This document shows, piece after piece, positions 26,564 through 40,600 of a stretch of 64,000 bases of DNA; positions within the stretch are counted from its first letter, which is position 1; the number at the start of each line of letters is the position of its first letter. Location: positions 8,995,166-9,059,165 of the forward strand of contig CM119266.1 of the NCBI GenBank assembly GCA_051294375.1, given 5' to 3'. Both the position numbers and the translations under genes were made by a program. This stretch comes from Paraspadella gotoi (Eukaryota > Animalia > Chaetognatha). The notes under the pieces were generated by a model. That model had not been told where the DNA came from and searched no databases. It saw nothing but the letters and a program-made list of their open reading frames with translations.

Positions 26564-27631
26564 GCTCATCTCTCTCTCTCACCTTCCTCACGTGCTCTTT
26601 TCTCTCTTCCTTCACATTAATAGAAGAAACGTTTAAAGAGCGAATTTCTTTTCCTAAGAATTTAAAACGAAGAACGTTAAAGAGGAATTATTACACCAAC
26701 AGCAGCTTGAGGGTGGACATCCCCTTTCCTTCACCAAACGATTGAGAACGGAGGATGATTACTTATCGGATCCCTCTCTCCAATCCCCCAATCCCCAGTG
26801 CGATAATCCCGATCCCCGATCTCCAAATCATTCCTTCTCACCTTGTCATTTAAATCTTCACCTTTTAAGGATCGAAATTTCATCGTCACTTCCCCACGCC
26901 CCTCTCCGCGCCACTATTCAAAGCCACGACCCGCGTCATGACCCGCGCCACTCCATAAGCCACACTCCACGCCACTCCTGTACCCACAGTGCGATATTTT
27001 GTAAACAGACGTAATTGCCCCTTCTCCCCCTTGCTACTCTTTTTAACACTCTCCAGTCTTCATTGCTACTCCTCACGCCACAGTTCCACCGCCACTCTCC
27101 GCCCAATATTCACAACACAACCGTTCACACCACTTCTGACGCCCACTCCAAAAGCCGCTCTCAACTCCACTCCGATGCCATACTTCAAGCCACTCTTCAC
27201 GACAGTCTCAGCCTCATTCCCCACGCCACTTCCCAGCCCCCCCAACCCACTCTCCCACTACCCACCCCCTATTTACCGCCCCTCCATTGCCTCCAACCCT
27301 CTATTACCCTACCTAATCTCCACCCGTACCACCCTTTTCACCACCCTCTTGTCTCCCCCTCACCATGAGAATTCTCTTCCTTTCTTCTTCCATAAAATTC
27401 TTCTTCGATCGAATCGCGTTTCTCCAACAAATTTATTCCCTCGACTCTACTTCGGTTGAAGGAGGCGCCGCAGCCCGCCGCAGTCCCCGCAGCCCGCCGC
27501 AGCCCCGCCGCCGGTTTAAGCCGTCCTACGCGCGAAAATCGGGCGCCGGGTCTGATCGGCGGCGTCTGGGAATGGCCCGGCGTCAACCTAGAGAGAGAGA
27601 GGATGAGAGAAGGGAGAGAGAGATGAAGAGA

Positions 27632-27671
<40 letters not shown>

Positions 27672-27794
27672 GCCACCGTGAGGTAAATTCGGGGCGGCCG
27701 CGCTCGTGTTTAAGATAGGGCATGGAGCGGCGCGCATGAGAAGCTGCGCCGTGTTAGAGAGTTTATTCGAACCGACGCCGGTTTCTTGAGAGAG

Positions 27795-27878
<84 letters not shown>

Positions 27879-30105
27879 AGGAAGAGAGGCGAAGCGATAT
27901 TTGAGATTTTAGTGTTGAGCTTTCACTTCTAATGTTTTTGTTTACCGTTTCGGTGTCACATGTTCTGTTTCTTTCTCATAGCAAAATTAATAAAATTACT
28001 GGTGCATCCAACGTATTCATTAATCGAATATAAATATTCGAAATATTCGCCTGGAAAAATAATAAATAATTGAAAATTCCTGAGAATCTTGATGAGGATT
28101 CCACTGTATTCGCTGAATGTGGATTAATATCTCATGAATCTGGATGCGTCAACCTTATGAATTATGATTTAATTCATTTCAACTTCGCATTTTTCTCTCT
28201 TCAATTTCACGCGCGGCGCTCATTCGCGAAGCCTTTCGTTACCATATCACGAAAATAGCTTAGTGACGCCGAGAGAGAGAGAGAGATAGAGAGAAGAGAG
28301 AGAGAGAGGAGAGAGAGAAGAGAGAGAAGAGAAGACGAGAAGAAGGAGAGAGAGAGAGAGAGAGAAGAGAGAGAAAAATGGGTCTAAAGATCGAAAGCAC
28401 AAAAGCCTTTCGTCCAAATCTGTGACCCACAATTTTCCTCTTTCGCTAAAAATAGAATTTTAGCCTCTACATTTCGACGTCGTCGTCGTCGTCGTCGTCG
28501 TCGTTCTCTCGCCTCCACGAAGACTTGAGTCTTTGTTCGACTGTAATTTGATTTTAATACTTAACAAATTAAAAATACGCTTTTAATGGAATAATCGGTA
28601 TTAATATAATATTAGTCGTATCGAATAAACCTAAATTAATTTAAAAAAAATAATTTCTCATTCGTTTATGTCATTATTTCATTTTATTATACTTTTCTAA
28701 TTTTTTTTTCTTTAAACTTTTTGTAACCTTTATTTTCAATTCTAATCCGTGTTTGATGTCAACTGAGACATTTGTCGTCGTTCGTTGTTGTTGTCGTCGC
28801 GTTCGTCGGTGTGTCGCGTCGTATGTCGTCTGTCGTTGTTGTTGTTGTCGTCGTCGTTCTCCTTCCCTTCTTCCTTCGTCCCTTCTCCTTCCTAAAAAAT
28901 AGAAAGGATAACCGCAGTTTTGTTTTTTTTTAATCAATATTCGATTGAATTAAAATTCCATGAGGTTTCCAGCAATTAAACTCGAATGAAGCCTGTCCTT
29001 TTTCTTCTTTTCCTCGAGGAAATTAAAAAAAAAAGAAAAAATATATATTTTTCGAGAGGGAAAAAAAACTAAATCGGAGGAGAAAAAGAGGAAAAACAAG
29101 GTTTTGCATTTAATTTCGTTATTTTTGTTTGTCGAAATTAATATTTCATTATTCATAAGGGAAGCGGAGGTAATAATTATTTAAATTAGGTTTTCTGTGT
29201 TTGTTTTATCGTATGGAAAAAAAAAACATTGCTACATTAATCAACTAAAACTGAAAGTTTTTACAATTTGCACCAGTTTACAAGTAACCTTATAATATTT
29301 CAAGCGTTCGTTTCAAAAAAAATAAATGTTATAAACTCATAATTAAATGAATAGCATAAATATACAATTTGATAGTATAACTCAGAGATATAATTATCAA
29401 CGTCTTCCATACTCTTTCCGTATTTGTTCTTTTTTCGTGAGACTCTCACGAGTCACGTCTTATTACAGCCTCTCTATATTTCTCTCTCCTGTTCTGACAG
29501 CAATAAATCGAGCCTCAGATCTTTCTTGCGGGTTTCTTGGTTTTTTCAATTTTTTAGTCAATTTTTTTCTTTATTTTTTTTTTTTTTAACATCTTTTTGT
29601 GAATATACCGGGTTTCATTTTCTTTGTTTCTTTATAAAGGTCTTGTTTTATTTTCTTTCTTCTGAGTAAATCTCCGTTTTAACTGCCTGGGTTGCTTATT
29701 TTTTAACGGTTTTTATTACTTTTTTATCTATTTACGGAATTATAGTGTGTTCTTTTACTGCCCCGGGTTCGTATTTTTTTACAACGCGTTTCTTTTTTAT
29801 TTTACATTTTTGAGGAGAATAACGTTTTGCTCGTTTGTATTTTTGTTTTTTTTTTTTAAAGGTTTTTATTTTCTTTTTACATTGGAGCATACCAACGTTA
29901 TTCTTTTTTTCTTTTTGGTGGTGAACTTTTTTTCGCCGAGTAGGGTCGTTTGGTCGGGTTGTCGTTTGTCGTCCGTCTGAATGTCGGTCGTCGGTCCTCG
30001 TGCCAACAAGTCGTGTTCTTTTGGCGGCCTTTTTGGCGCTACACAGAAAAGGGAGATCTTATTGTCTCCTTCTTCGTCGTNNNNNNNNNNNNNNNNNNNN
30101 NNNNN

Positions 30106-33100
30106 GGTGGTTTAAGGCCTCCATCACTCTTACAAGATAATATTATGTATGAAAAGGAAGAACAGATTGAGATGAAAATATAGTATCTCTTTTCTCTCCC
30201 TCTCTCACCCTCTCTCTCTCTCTCTTCCTCTCTCTCTCTCTCCCTCCTCCCTCCCTCCCTCTCCATCTCCCTTCCTCTCCCCTCAGTTCTTAAACTTTAA
30301 AACTAACACCCATAATTTGAGACAAAGCTGAGCCATAAAGAGACTCATTGCCTCTTCGTGCAATTTTTAACTCTTGAAATAAACTCGCTCTAGTCGGCAA
30401 AAAAACCTTTACTCTTTCTTCCTTGAAATTTCCCTTAAGTGTCCGGACACATGCAAACACGATCACGTTTTCTCTCTCTCTCTCTTCTCTTCTCTCTCTC
30501 TCTCTCTCTCATCTCTCCTCCTCTCTCTCTCTCTCTCTCTCTCCCTCTCTCTCCTCCTCCGCTCTGTTATTCCATCGTTTTCTCCTTTCTTCGCTCCGCC
30601 TCCCCTTTCCCTCTTTCAATTAAAGGGAGGGTTTTCTAAAGCGGAAATTAAAAAACAAAACAGCATACATCCGTCCGTCCATTCATCCATCTATACATCC
30701 ATCAATCTATTGATTCATCCATCAATCCACCCAGACCGTGAGATAAGCCTTCGACCTGACATTCGGAATATTTCTTTAGTCTTTCTGCCTCCTTTTCTTT
30801 CTTTCTGTTTCGTTAGTCTTAAACTATAAGAATACAATATACAAATAACTACAAGTAACTACTATATATTTTTGTAATTTCGTTCTTTTATTCTATCGCC
30901 AGGCATACCAAAACCCTCACAGTCCTTACCTCTTCCTCCCGCTTCTCAAATTGACTTACCTCCCCTCCTTATCGTGCTCCTCCACTCACCTCCCCCCCAC
31001 CGACCGCCTCATGAAAAGGATTATGACCATCCATGAGCCGAAGGAAGGGATTTCATTTTTTTTTTAATAACAAAAATAACAACACAGAGTTTCAATCACT
31101 TTGAAGCGAGCGTTCCGGGGAAATGGAGGGACAGAAGGGTAGTACGGGTGAAAAGGATGGGGCCAGATATTTTTAGATCGATTTTCGGAACGTTCCTTCA
31201 TTTTTCAGTTTGTTTCTTGCTCGAGAACTTGACAAGTTTTCCCGTCTGTCCGTCTGTCAGTCCGTCGAGGTCTTTCGGCACAAAAAAAAATCTTCTGCAA
31301 TAGTAACGCCGTTCACCCCCCCCTTCCCCCCCCAAAAAAAAAAGTGATTTCTCTCTCCGTCTTGAAGACGCGTTCGAATTTTAAAAAACTTGACGTAAGC
31401 GGATGTATAAAGACAGCGACGCCCAAAAACTTTCACGTCGCCTCGCAACCGTCTTTTTAGTTACGCCGCGAGTGCTCGCGGAGCAATTCTATAAGTCACT
31501 TTTCGGTCCGTCGGTCCGTCGATATGTCTGTCCGTTAAAAATGCATATAATTTGACTATGATCTAAGGTACTGCTAGCGCCGACTTCAGGAATTCCTAAA
31601 ACTATAAGGTATAAAAGACGAAATTTCGATGCAGAGCATGTCAAAAATACACGAGCAAAGATTCGTTAATCATGTCATATTTGATCATGAATATAAAGTC
31701 ACCGCGGCGCAACGCATTATGAATTACCCTTCTTTTTTTTTAGTTTTTCAACGGAAATCGATTTTCTTTCTTTCTTTTTATTTCTTGATTCGAAGAATAA
31801 AGTGAAGAGAAAAAGTGAAGAGGTTTAGTTTTTATGTTGACGCCGTAGGGGGTCAACCAACGGTAGATTACTGTCTTCTCTCTCTCTTTCTCTTTTCTCT
31901 CTTCTCTCTCTTCTTTATTTTTTTCTACTATTTATGGTTTCTTTCTGTTTCTCTCTTTTTCCTTTTCTTTATTTCTCTTTCTCTCTCTGCTCCCTCTCAC
32001 TCTCCTTGATCGAAGTACGCCTAATTTACAACTTTCCTTCCGTCTATTATATAGAATAAATATTAGGAACTCACTCTCCCCCCTTTTCCATCTCAAACTC
32101 GACCCTCTCGTTTTTTTCCCCCTCACCCAAGGTGCCACCCCTCCCCTGTGTTCATCGCCAATATCTCTGCCAACTGCGAAATCTAATTTCCCAAAAAAAT
32201 CAGAAACCAAAAAAAAAAAAAATAAGAAAAAATAGTCGAAAAAATAAAATGCAAATAAAAAACCCCAAAAAACTTCACACCAGCTTACGAGATATTTTTT
32301 TTTCTCTTTGCTTTAAAATCGGCCCTTGAGACGGAGGCGTCCTCTCGAGGTGGCGGATCCACTCCGAAAAGCCTCTCACACAAATATGTTCTTCTCATCT
32401 TTTTCACGGACGTCGTCGTCCGTTCGTTCGTCGTCGTCGTCTTTCATTGTTAAGATCCAACTGGAACCCCAATACTTTAACGCCTCCTTCATTTCAAGTC
32501 TTAATGCTCTTTTTTGCACTCCGGTCGTGCGAACAACACGAGGCCGCCATTCTTGCTCGGTGCCTTCATCTCACCGTTTTCTAAACTTACTACCGTTGTA
32601 CACGAATTCGATTCCTTGCCCCTACTTTATTTCTCTCACTTGTTCTGTGAGGTAGAAAGTGACACTGATCCGCAATTTCGGGGTTTCCTCTCTCTTTTTG
32701 TCCTTTCTCTCTTTTTCTCCCTCTGTCACTCTCCTTCCCTATTCTCTCTCTCCCTCTCTCTCTCTCTTTCTCTCTCTCTCTCTACCAATTAAGCTCCGTC
32801 TCCTCTTCGATTGCCTTGCGAGGGAAAGACAGCCAATAATTCCTACGTCTATGAGAATTCGCATTTCGTTGTGAAACCGATCGATTTGGATAAGAGATGA
32901 ACCAAAAATTTATCATTAATAGATCTAAAATTTAATCATCACGATACTAATTAGAAATAATTTGAATATTAAAAAAAATTCTGATTTAAATATATTAATT
33001 CTCATAAATAATACCAAATAAATTTGCAATTAACAATTTTCAGTTATTTTTTTCAATTTCGCCCGAACATGATCCAGAAAAAATTTCCAAATATTTTTTT

Positions 33101-36100
33101 CGAATGCCGCACTGCACACTTTTCATGCCTATGCTGGCGACTGTTAAAAAAAAAAACTATCATTATTTTCTCCACTATTTCCGAAATCGACATGCGACCA
33201 ATGACAACGGACGACCGTAGACGACGACCGACGACACGACGACGAAGACGGCGACCGATTGACAAACGACGATTGAAACGACGAAAATGAACGCTTTTTT
33301 TCTTTGTGTTTACTTTTCTGAATAATAAAAAAAAGGAATCTTTAAGAAAAATGTCAAAGGAGGCAGCGACATCCCCAGGGGCATTTAGCATCGCGACGCC
33401 CATTGCTTCCAGTTGCGGTCTGTATCGAAGAAGGGAAGAGAGAGAGAGAGTAGAGGAGAGAGAGGAGAGAGAAGAGAGAGGAGAGAGAGGAGAACAGCAG
33501 CCACGAGAGAGATGAGGGAGGGAGAGAGGAGGGAGGGAGAGGGAGGAGGATGAGAAGAAAAAAGACCGGCCAGACAGACCAAACAGAGATAGAGGGGTAA
33601 CCAAAAAGAGGAGACGGAGACGAAGACAGAGATTAGAGAGAGAGAGAACATCATATTAAATGTGGTTCGAACGAAATGTTTCAGACGTGAATTTATCATT
33701 TCAGCGTCCGCCCCTCTTCCGATCGCTGCGATCCTCCCCCCAAAGTGGAGAGGAGGGACGCAGAGGGTGATTGAGAAAATTGGACCCAGACCGGTTTAAT
33801 ATCGAGTTGTTGAGACAAAGTTTGAAAGAAACTTGGAACCTATTTATATCGCAAATGCATAGTCTGATTACTGTACAAAATTATACAATGCCATCACAAA
33901 ATTATAATACAAATTGTACAACCAAATATAAAAATTATCCATTCATGTTAATAAAATAGCTATCTTGCCCGCGGACTTTGGACAGGCTTTGGTGGTGGTT
34001 AAGGCCTCCATCACTCTTACAAGAATAATGACCATAGCAAGACGTCCCTGCAAGCTTTCATCAAGACTCTCTCACAGTCTTGTTTATTCACTCCCAGAGT
34101 GACCTGGCTTCCCTACAAAATGAAGTGGAAAATAGTTTCAAAGAATGTTTTCAATTGTATGAGAAGCACCACTCCCTTAAGTATTAGATCAGGGAATACT
34201 TATTGTACTCCGCACTTCGCACCTAAACAAAATACAAGGAGACTGGAATTTTATGAATATTTGGTAAACAACCAATTATAAAAATTATCCATTCATTTAA
34301 TAAAATAAGCTATCTTTAGTCCCTGACTTTGGACAGGTGACCTTTGGTGGTTTAAGGCCTCCATCCTCTTACAAGATAATATTATGTTGAAAAGAAGAAC
34401 AGGATGAGATGAAAATATAGTATCTCTTTTTTCCTCGCCTCACCCTCTCCTCTCTCTCTCTCTCCCTCTCTCTCTCTCCTCCCTACCCCTCCCCTCCTCC
34501 TCTCCTCCCTCCCCTCTCCATCTCCCTTTCCCCCCCAAAGTTCTTAACTTAAAACTAACCCCATAATTTGCAGACAAACTGAGCTCATATAAGAGACTCA
34601 TTGCCTCTTCGTGCAATTTTTAACTCTGAAAATAAACTCGCTCTAGTCGGCAAAAAAAAACCTTTACTCTTTCTTCCTTGAAATTTCCCTTTAAGTGTCC
34701 GGACACATGCAAACACGATCACGTTATTCTCTCTCTCTTCTTTCTCTCTCTCTCTCTCTCTCCCTCATCTCTCGCTCTCTCTCTCTCTCTCTCTACTTCT
34801 CCTGCTCTACTCCTCTCCCTTCTCCCGACTCTGTTATTCATCGTTTCTCTCCTTTCTTCGCTCCGCCTCCCCTTTCCCTCTTTCAATTAAAGGGAGGAGG
34901 TTTTTTTCTAAAAGCCGGAAAATTAAAAAAACAAACCAAAGCATACATCCCCGTCCCGTCCATTCATCCATCATATACATCCATCCAACTCTATTTGATC
35001 ATCCATCAATTCCACCCAGACCGTGAGATAAGCCTTCGACCTTGACATTCGAATATTTCTTTTAGGTCTTTTTCTGCCTCCTTTTCTTTCTTTTGTTTCG
35101 TTAGTCTTAAGACTATAAGGAATACAATATAACAAATAACTACAAGTAACTACTATATAATTTTTTGTTGTAATTTTTCGTTTCTTGTATTTCTTATCGC
35201 CAGGCCATTACCAAAACCCTCACAGTCCTTACTCTTCCTCCCGCTCTCTCAAATTGGACTTACTCTCCCTCCTGTATCGTGCTCCTCCACTCACCTCCCC
35301 CCCCCCACCCGACCGCCTCATGAAAAGAGAATTATGACCGATCCATGAGCCGAAGGAAGGGATTTCATTTTTTTTTTTTTTTTAATAACAAAAAATAACA
35401 ACACCAGAGTTTCAAATCACTTTGAAGGCGACGCTTCCCGGGGGAAATGGAGGGACAGAGATAGTACGGGTGAAAAGGATGGGGGGCCGAAGTATTTTAG
35501 ATCGATTATTTCGGAACGTTCCTTCATTTTTCAGTTTGTTTTTTGCTCGAAACTTGACAAAGTTTTCCCGTCTGTTCCGTCTGTCAGCTCCGTCGAGGTC
35601 TTTCGCACAAAAAAAAAAATCTTCTGCGAATAGTAACCGCCGTTCACCCCCCCCCTTTCCCCCCCCCCAAAAAAAAGTGATTTTTCATCCTCCTTCCGAC
35701 GTTGAAGAGGGTTTCCGAATTTTGAAAAAAACTTGACGTAAGCGGATGTATAAAGACAGCGACGCCAAAAAACTTTCACGTCGCCTTCTGCAACGTCTTT
35801 TAGTTAGCCGCCGCGAAGTGCTCGCGGAAGCAATTCTATAAGCACTTTTCCGGTCCGGTCGGTCCGTCGATGATGTCTGTCCGTTAAAATGCAATATAAT
35901 CTTGACTATGCATCTAAGGGTACTTGCTGCGCCGACTTCAGGAATTCCTAAACTATAAGGTATAAAAGACGAAATTTCGATGCAGAGCATGTAAAAAATA
36001 CCACGAGCAAAGATTCGTTAATCAATGTCATTATTGATCATGAATAAAATTCACCGCGGCCGCAACGCATTTATGAATACCCTCTGTTTTTTAGTTTTCG

Positions 36101-36970
36101 AATCTTATTCTTTTCCTTTTTTTTTGGAAAGAATTTTTCTTGGTTCTTCGAAAAAAGGGACGGACCTTTTAGTAAAGGCTTTACCGGTTTTGCTCTGAGA
36201 GAAAAAAAAAAAATCTCTCGAAATTGAATTTCTGGTGTTTTTTGTCTTAGAGGGGAAATGGGGAGGGAGTTGGGGGCNNNNNNNNNNNNNNNNNNNNNNN
36301 NNGAATCTTTTCTTTTCCTTTTTTTTTGGAAAGAATTTTTTCTGGTTTCTCGAAAAGGGACGCCTTTAGTAAAGCGCTTTTACCGGTTTTGCTCTTGAGA
36401 GAAAAAAAAAAATCTCTCGAAATTGAATTTCTGGTGTTTTTTGTCTTAGGGGGAAGATGGGCGGGAGTTGGGGCGGAAGATGAAAGTGAACGTCGTCAGA
36501 GAGAAAATATCCAAAGCAAAACTCAAAGTCTTTCTATCTTTTTATTTTTTTACCTTCTTTTCTTTATTTTTGTCTCTCGTTTTCTTTTCTTTCTTCTCTT
36601 CTTTCCTTTCTTTCTTTCTTTGCTTTCTTTTCTTCTTTCTTTCTTTTCTTTCTTCCTTCTTTTTCTTTCTTCTTCTTTCTTACTTTTTTTCTTCTGCCTA
36701 TTTCTTTTTCTTTTTTTCTATCTTTTTTTCTTCCTATAATGCGATAATGTGGACGTAAGAACAAATACATATAATCCTACAATAAAGCCATCATGCTTTC
36801 TCTTGGCTCTAGAATTACAACCCGCGCTAATACCGCTCGCTCTACTGCCCGCTTCCACCTATTGACCTCCTTCAACCCAACTCCAGACAAAATAGTCAAT
36901 TCATATCGCCCCACGAGTCTCCATTTAAAATTCCCGAAATGACCGCGTCGTGATTGACGCGATCGAAGCA

Positions 36971-37016
<46 letters not shown>

Positions 37017-37520
37017 CTCCTCTCTCCTCTCTCGGTGGTGTTCCTCCTCCTCTTCTCTCTCTCTATCTCTCATCTATCTGGTCCATTTACGGCTTTTCGG
37101 TCGAGCTTCCTCTACTCACTTTTACTTTTCTCTCGGCGACCTTCTCTTCCTTTTCCTTCTCTTTTTATTTCTTCTTTTTAGTTTCGTTTCATTACTTTTT
37201 ACTTTTTTCGTTCTTAGTTTTCTCTCTTTTCTTTTTTTTGTCTTCTTTTCTCATTGACTAAGTCGGGGGGTGACTCCTTTTCCTGATTTTTTCAACTGTC
37301 TCACCTCTTTTCTCCCTCTCCTCCTGCCTTCGCCTCTTTCCAGAAAGGACTCCATCTTCCATTGGAAGATGAAAGTGAAGTCGAGAGAGAAAATATCAAA
37401 GCGAAACTCAAAGTCTTTCTATCTTTATTTTTTTACCTTCTTTCTTTATTTTTTTGTCTCTCGTTTTCTTCTGTTCTTCTTTCTTTCCTTTCTTTCTTTC
37501 TTTCTTTCTTTCCTTTCTCC
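30106..37520. repeat. Further noisy copies of the 14.3-19.3 kb locus
   Basis: 30106-31750 matches ~16716-18378; 31751-36277 matches ~14264-18545; 36303-37330 matches ~18379-19330; ~37343-37520 matches ~18545 onward. All are indel-rich, like uncorrected long reads. Confidence 0.9.
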
Positions 37521-37659
37521 CACCAATTTATTTTTACGTTCTTACATTCTTGACGAAAAGAAGAAAAAATTCTTCCTTATTTTCCCAAGCAGATATCAAG
37601 GTTCAGGTCGTCCTTTCAATTTCATGGTTTTTTTAAGAAAAAAATAGTGATTTTTTTTG

Positions 37660-40600
37660 GTTAATATGGGAAGGCTGGGGCCTTTTAGTGCGGGGTCTAC
37701 CCACAATATGAGCGCCCAACCTAGCACACTCAAAAAATATTTGTGGAACGCGGCCATTGGCGCCACAAAAGCTGGTAAAACATCTTCTTATTATTATAAT
37801 CGTTCATAAACAAACACACAGAGATTTGGAGACACAGGCGATAACATACGACCTAGACCTAGCGCCATTTTGCACCCAAAAATAAAACACTGATGATCGA
37901 CGAACAAAACTAATGAACGCAAGCTGTCACTCAAAACCAACTCCACATAATGATAAGGCTCTTCCACCAATATCCTATATTATTATACGATACTGTACTT
38001 AGTCTTTCAGATAACAAGGAACATGTGTGACAACGGTGATCGAGCACGCGGATTCTCGCGACCGAACCTCATAAACCCACCTCATGGGGAAGGTCGCGAG
38101 GCTCTTTTAGACTGCGGCGAGTCTAATTACTCATTGGGTATTAAGCATACCAAAAATACTGATCTATTTAGATATGGCTTAAGATCTTCGATGTCAACAC
38201 CGCCGATGTACAAGTCCGCTCCTAAAGCCCGGCATGTGTTGACACGGACCCACCTCACACGTGAACACGAGTATTGAGAACTCTCACAAAATATGGGGGA
38301 GGCTCGCGCGCTTTAATCATAAAACATGGCCGGCGGCCCGCGTATAACCACAACTCATGGCGCATTAAAGCACAAAAACTACTGTTCTATTACAGATACT
38401 AACATTCCCAATGTCACACCACCGCTGTCGACAGATGCCTCTATAGGATGTACGTGAACACAACGGCCAAGCCAAAATCTGTGCGAATATCACGCCACCC
38501 AGCCAACGAGTGTTGAACACGATTGAGAATCTAAATAATTATGGGCAGAGAGCTGCGGCATTAATTTAGTCGCGGCGGTAAAATAATATGGCGGCATATT
38601 AGCCCACAAAAATACTTATTAAGATACTAAATTCGTGTCACACCGTGTCACAGATGCATACTAGGGATGATGATTGACACGGTGTGACACAGGAAATCCT
38701 TGAGAATCTCAAAATCACATGGGGAAGGCTGGGCTTATACAGTGCGTGGGATAAAATAGGGATTATAGCTAACAAACAACATCTACTGTTTTCTGAGATC
38801 ACACTCATAAATATCAGGTCGCTCCAAGCCGTCTCATATCGCTCTAACGAGATGTGTTGTATCACTTTACGTGTAGTGATCGGATACTGAGAATTCTAAC
38901 CTAGATATCATTGGTCAGCACACAGCGAATAGTGGCACACCATCTCGAGGGCTTTTAGTCTGGTGGGATGTCATTAACTATGTGGGTTGACATCTCGAGA
39001 GGCCACAAAAAGTGTTTTTAATTACTAAATTCGTGTCACAACCGTGTCAACAGATGCTAAGGGAATGTTGTAATTTTTGTGACACGAAGGTTAGTGATGC
39101 TTAAAAACAGTTTTATTTTTGTTGTTGAATCACCACGCCCATATTTAACCCCCGCACTAAAAAGACCCCAGGCCCCCCATATAAGGATCTAAATCATTCA
39201 GGCTACCACACACCAGAGTATCCACCAGATAACCACATGAAGTTATATGTTGACTACGGCACCTTGAGATCTAAAAAATAATAACGGGAAACGGCTTGGG
39301 ACTTTTTATGTCTGCGGGGGTTAAATATGGGATTAAGCACAAAAAAATACTGTTTTAGAACCTAAATTCCCGTAAGTCAAACACTCAGTCGATGCCTAAC
39401 AAACCAGCAGGATGCATCTAAGGGATGCCTGATGATCACAGGTCTGTCCACACACGTGAATTGAGACATCTAACAACTTATGGGAAGGCTGAGGGCTTTT
39501 AGCTGCGGTGTTAATATGGGGAATTAAGCACAAAAATACTGTTTTTAGATTACTAAATTCGTGTCACCACCGTGTCACAGATGCTCTAAGGGATGTTGAT
39601 GACACGGTGTGACACGGACTGAAGATCTAAAAATATGGGGAAGGCTGCGGGCATTTTTTGTGCGGGGGTTAAATATGGAAATTAAGCACAAAAATACTGT
39701 TTTTATATAACTAAATATCGTTCAACACCGTAGTCACAGATGCTTCTAAGGGATGCTGTGACACGGTGTGACACGGATTGAGAATCTAAAAAATATGGGG
39801 CAAAGGCTGGGGCTTTTAGCTGCTCGGGAGGTTAAATATGGGATTAAGCACAAAAATACTGTTTTTTAGATACTAAATTCGTGTCACCACCGTGTCACAG
39901 CAAGATGCTCTAAAAGGGATGATGTGAAACACGGTGTTGACACGGATTGAGAATCTAAAATATGGGGAAGGCTGGAGGCTTTTTAGTGCGGGGGTTAAAA
40001 TATGGCGGATTAAGCAACAAAAAAATACTGTTTTTAGATTACATAAAAATTCGTGTCACACCGATGTCCACAGATGCTCTAAGGGATGTGTGCACGGTTG
40101 ACACGGATTGAGAATCTCAAAAATATGGGGAAGGCTGGGCTTTTTTAGTGCGGGCGGTTAAATATGGGGATTAAGCACAAAAATACTGTTATTAGATACT
40201 AAATTTCGTGTCACACCGTATGTCACGAGATTGCTCTAAGGATGGTGACACGGTGTGACACGATTGAGAACTCTAAAAAATTATTGGGGAGGCTGGGCTT
40301 TAGTGCGGGGTTAAATATGGGGATTAAGCACAAAAATACTGTTTTTAGATACTTAAATTCGTGTCACACCGTGTCACAGATGCCTCTAAGGATTGTGTAC
40401 ACGGTGTGACACCGGATTGAGAATCTAAAAATATGGGGAAGGCTTGGGGCTTTTTAGTGCGGGGGTTAATATGGGGATTAAGACAAAATACTGTTTTAGA
40501 TACTAAATTCGTGTACACCGTGTCACAGATGCTCTAAAGGATGTGTGACACGGTGATTGACACGGATTGAGATCTAAAAAATATGGGGAAGGCTGGGGCT

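Larger units (their letters stand above)
16058..30080. repeat. ~7.0-kb direct duplication (16058-23058 = 23084-30080), probably an assembly artefact
   Basis: Identical ORFs at offset 7026 (16481/23507, 16961/23987). Both copies end at the same sequence (..ccttcttcgtcgt) immediately before a 25-N gap. Differences are mostly small indels. Confidence 0.9.
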
